The notes under the pieces: model-generated
Told to the model about the DNA's origin: nothing
Seen by the model: only the letters and a program-made list of their open reading frames with translations
The model's database searches: none
Translations under genes and position numbers: made by a program
Part shown: positions 61,901-64,000 of the stretch, piece after piece
How the letters are laid out: every line of letters begins with the position of its first letter
How positions within the stretch are numbered: the first letter of the stretch is position 1
DNA from: Balanoglossus misakiensis
Lineage: Eukaryota; Animalia; Hemichordata
Direction of reading: 5' to 3'
Assembly (NCBI GenBank): GCA_040954595.2
Contig: CM082587.2
Coordinates: 649,522 to 713,521 of the forward strand
DNA: 64,000 nt

Positions 61901-64000
61901 TTTTCAAAAAATGACCAAATTTTCAAAATTCGCAAAGTCGAAAAATCCTCGATTTTTGACGATTTTCCTGAGCTATAACCCATGGTTTTTTCAAAAAATG
62001 ACCAAATTTTCAAAATTCGCAAAGTCGAAAAATCCTCGATTTTTGACGATTTTCCTGAGCTATAACCCATGGTTTTTTCAAAAAATGACCAAATTTTCAA
62101 AATTCGCAAAGTCGAAAAATCCTCGATTTTTGACGATTTTCCTGAGCTATAACCCATGGTTTTTTCAAAAAATGACCAAATTTTCAAAATTCGCAAAGTC
62201 GAAAAATCCTCGATTTTTGACGATTTTCCTGAGCTATAACCCATGGTTTTTTCAAAAAATGACCAAATTTTCAAAATTCGCAAAGTCGAAAAATCCTCGA
62301 TTTTTGACGATTTTCCTGAGCTATAACCCATGGTTTTTTCAAAAAATGACCAAATTTTCAAAATTCGCAAAGTCGAAAAATCCTCGATTTTTGACGATTT
62401 TCCTGAGCTATAACCCATGGTTTTTTCAAAAAATGACCAAATTTTCAAAATTCGCAAAGTCGAAAAATCCTCGATTTTTGACGATTTTCCTGAGCTATAA
62501 CCCATGGTTTTTTCAAAAAATGACCAAATTTTCAAAATTCGCAAAGTCGAAAAATCCTCGATTTTTGACGATTTTCCTGAGCTATAACCCATGGTTTTTT
62601 CAAAAAATGACCAAATTTTCAAAATTCGCAAAGTCGAAAAATCCTCGATTTTTGACGATTTTCCTGAGCTATAACCCATGGTTTTTTCAAAAAATGACCA
62701 AATTTTCAAAATTCGCAAAGTCGAAAAATCCTCGATTTTTGACGATTTTCCTGAGCTATAACCCATGGTTTTTTCAAAAAATGACCAAATTTTCAAAATT
62801 CGCAAAGTCGAAAAATCCTCGATTTTTGACGATTTTCCTGAGCTATAACCCATGGTTTTTTTCAAAAAATGACCAAATTTTCAAAATTCGCAAAGTCGAA
62901 AAATCCTCGATTTTTGACGATTTTCCTGAGCTATAACCCATGGTTTTTTCAAAAAATGACCAAATTTTCAAAATTCGCAAAGTCGAAAAATCCTCGATTT
63001 TTGACGATTTTCCTGAGCTATAACCCATGGTTTTTTCAAAAAATGACCAAATTTTCAAAATTCGCAAAGTCGAAAAATCCTCGATTTTTGACGATTTTCC
63101 TGAGCTATAACCCATGGTTTTTTCAAAAAATGACCAAATTTTCAAAATTCGCAAAGTCGAAAAATCCTCGATTTTTGACGATTTTCCTGAGCTATAACCC
63201 ATGGTTTTTTCAAAAAATGACCAAATTTTCAAAATTCGCAAAGTCGAAAAATCCTCGATTTTTGACGATTTTCCTGAGCTATAACCCATGGTTTTTTCAA
63301 AAAATGACCAAATTTTCAAAATTCGCAAAGTCGAAAAATCCTCGATTTTTGACGATTTTCCTGAGCTATAACCCATGGTTTTTTCAAAAAATGACCAAAT
63401 TTTCAAAATTCGCAAAGTCGAAAAATCCTCGATTTTTGACGATTTTCCTGAGCTATAACCCATGGTTTTTTCAAAAAATGACCAAATTTTCAAAATTCGC
63501 AAAGTCGAAAAATCCTCGATTTTTGACGATTTTCCTGAGCTATAACCCATGGTTTTTTTCAAAAAATGACCAAATTTTCAAAATTCGCAAAGTCGAAAAA
63601 TCCTCGATTTTTGACGATTTTCCTGAGCTATAACCCATGGTTTTTTTCAAAAAATGACCAAATTTTCAAAATTCGCAAAGTCGAAAAATCCTCGATTTTT
63701 GACGATTTTCCTGAGCTATAACCCATGGTTTTTTCAAAAAATGACCAAATTTTCAAAATTCGCAAAGTCGAAAAATCCTCGATTTTTGACGATTTTCCTG
63801 AGCTATAACCCATGGTTTTTTCAACTCAAAATGACCAAATTTTCAAAATTCGCAAAGTCGAAAAATCCTCGATTTTTGACGATTTTCCTGAGCTATAACC
63901 CATGGTTTTTTCAAAAAATGACCAAATTTTCAAAATTCGCAAAGTCGAAAAATCCTCGATTTTTGACGATTTTCCTGAGCTATAACCCATGGTTTTTTCA
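55951..64000. repeat. Homogeneous 87-bp tandem satellite, about 92 units, continuing past the window
   Basis: Unit gacgattttcctgagctataacccatggttttttcaaaaaatgaccaaattttcaaaattcgcaaagtcgaaaaatcctcgattttt; only rare substitutions and small insertions, mostly in homopolymers. Confidence 0.99.

Noticed and set aside
55962-63813. Very long repeat ORFs (932, 1414, 465 aa and others) as real protein genes
   Set aside because: They follow from the 87-bp period. There is no unique N- or C-terminus, variants show no synonymous bias, single-base insertions break the frame, and the sister unit is 88 bp.
60150-63830. Frameshifting single-base insertions as programmed or biological signals
   Set aside because: Nearly all are one extra base in a homopolymer and they become more frequent deep in the array, which fits slippage or long-read consensus error.
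55223-64000. CRISPR array
   Set aside because: Units are contiguous near-identical repeats with no unique spacers, there are no cas genes, and the context is eukaryotic.

Overview
Eukaryotic, intron-rich animal DNA; the gene content suggests a marine invertebrate, possibly a deuterostome, but the species cannot be determined here. The window has three parts. (1) 1-5436, minus strand: at least 13 coding exons of a secreted protein built from at least three tandem lipocalin domains. The domains carry the RBP4/purpurin-type Cys pattern and a repeated intron-phase cycle, and the gene runs off the left edge. (2) About 28600-41900, plus strand: a complete LMO4 (LIM-only) gene of 4 coding exons and about 168 aa. 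Its last coding exon is 9 nt (Val-Cys-stop). It lies in about 50 kb of CpG-retaining non-coding DNA with microsatellites, possible decayed retroelement fragments and candidate regulatory motifs. (3) 54845-64000: a compound microsatellite runs directly into a tandem satellite array, first 8 units of an 88-bp type, then about 92 near-identical 87-bp units. The very long ORFs in the array are a by-product of its periodicity. All exon boundaries were read by hand; no database searches were run.
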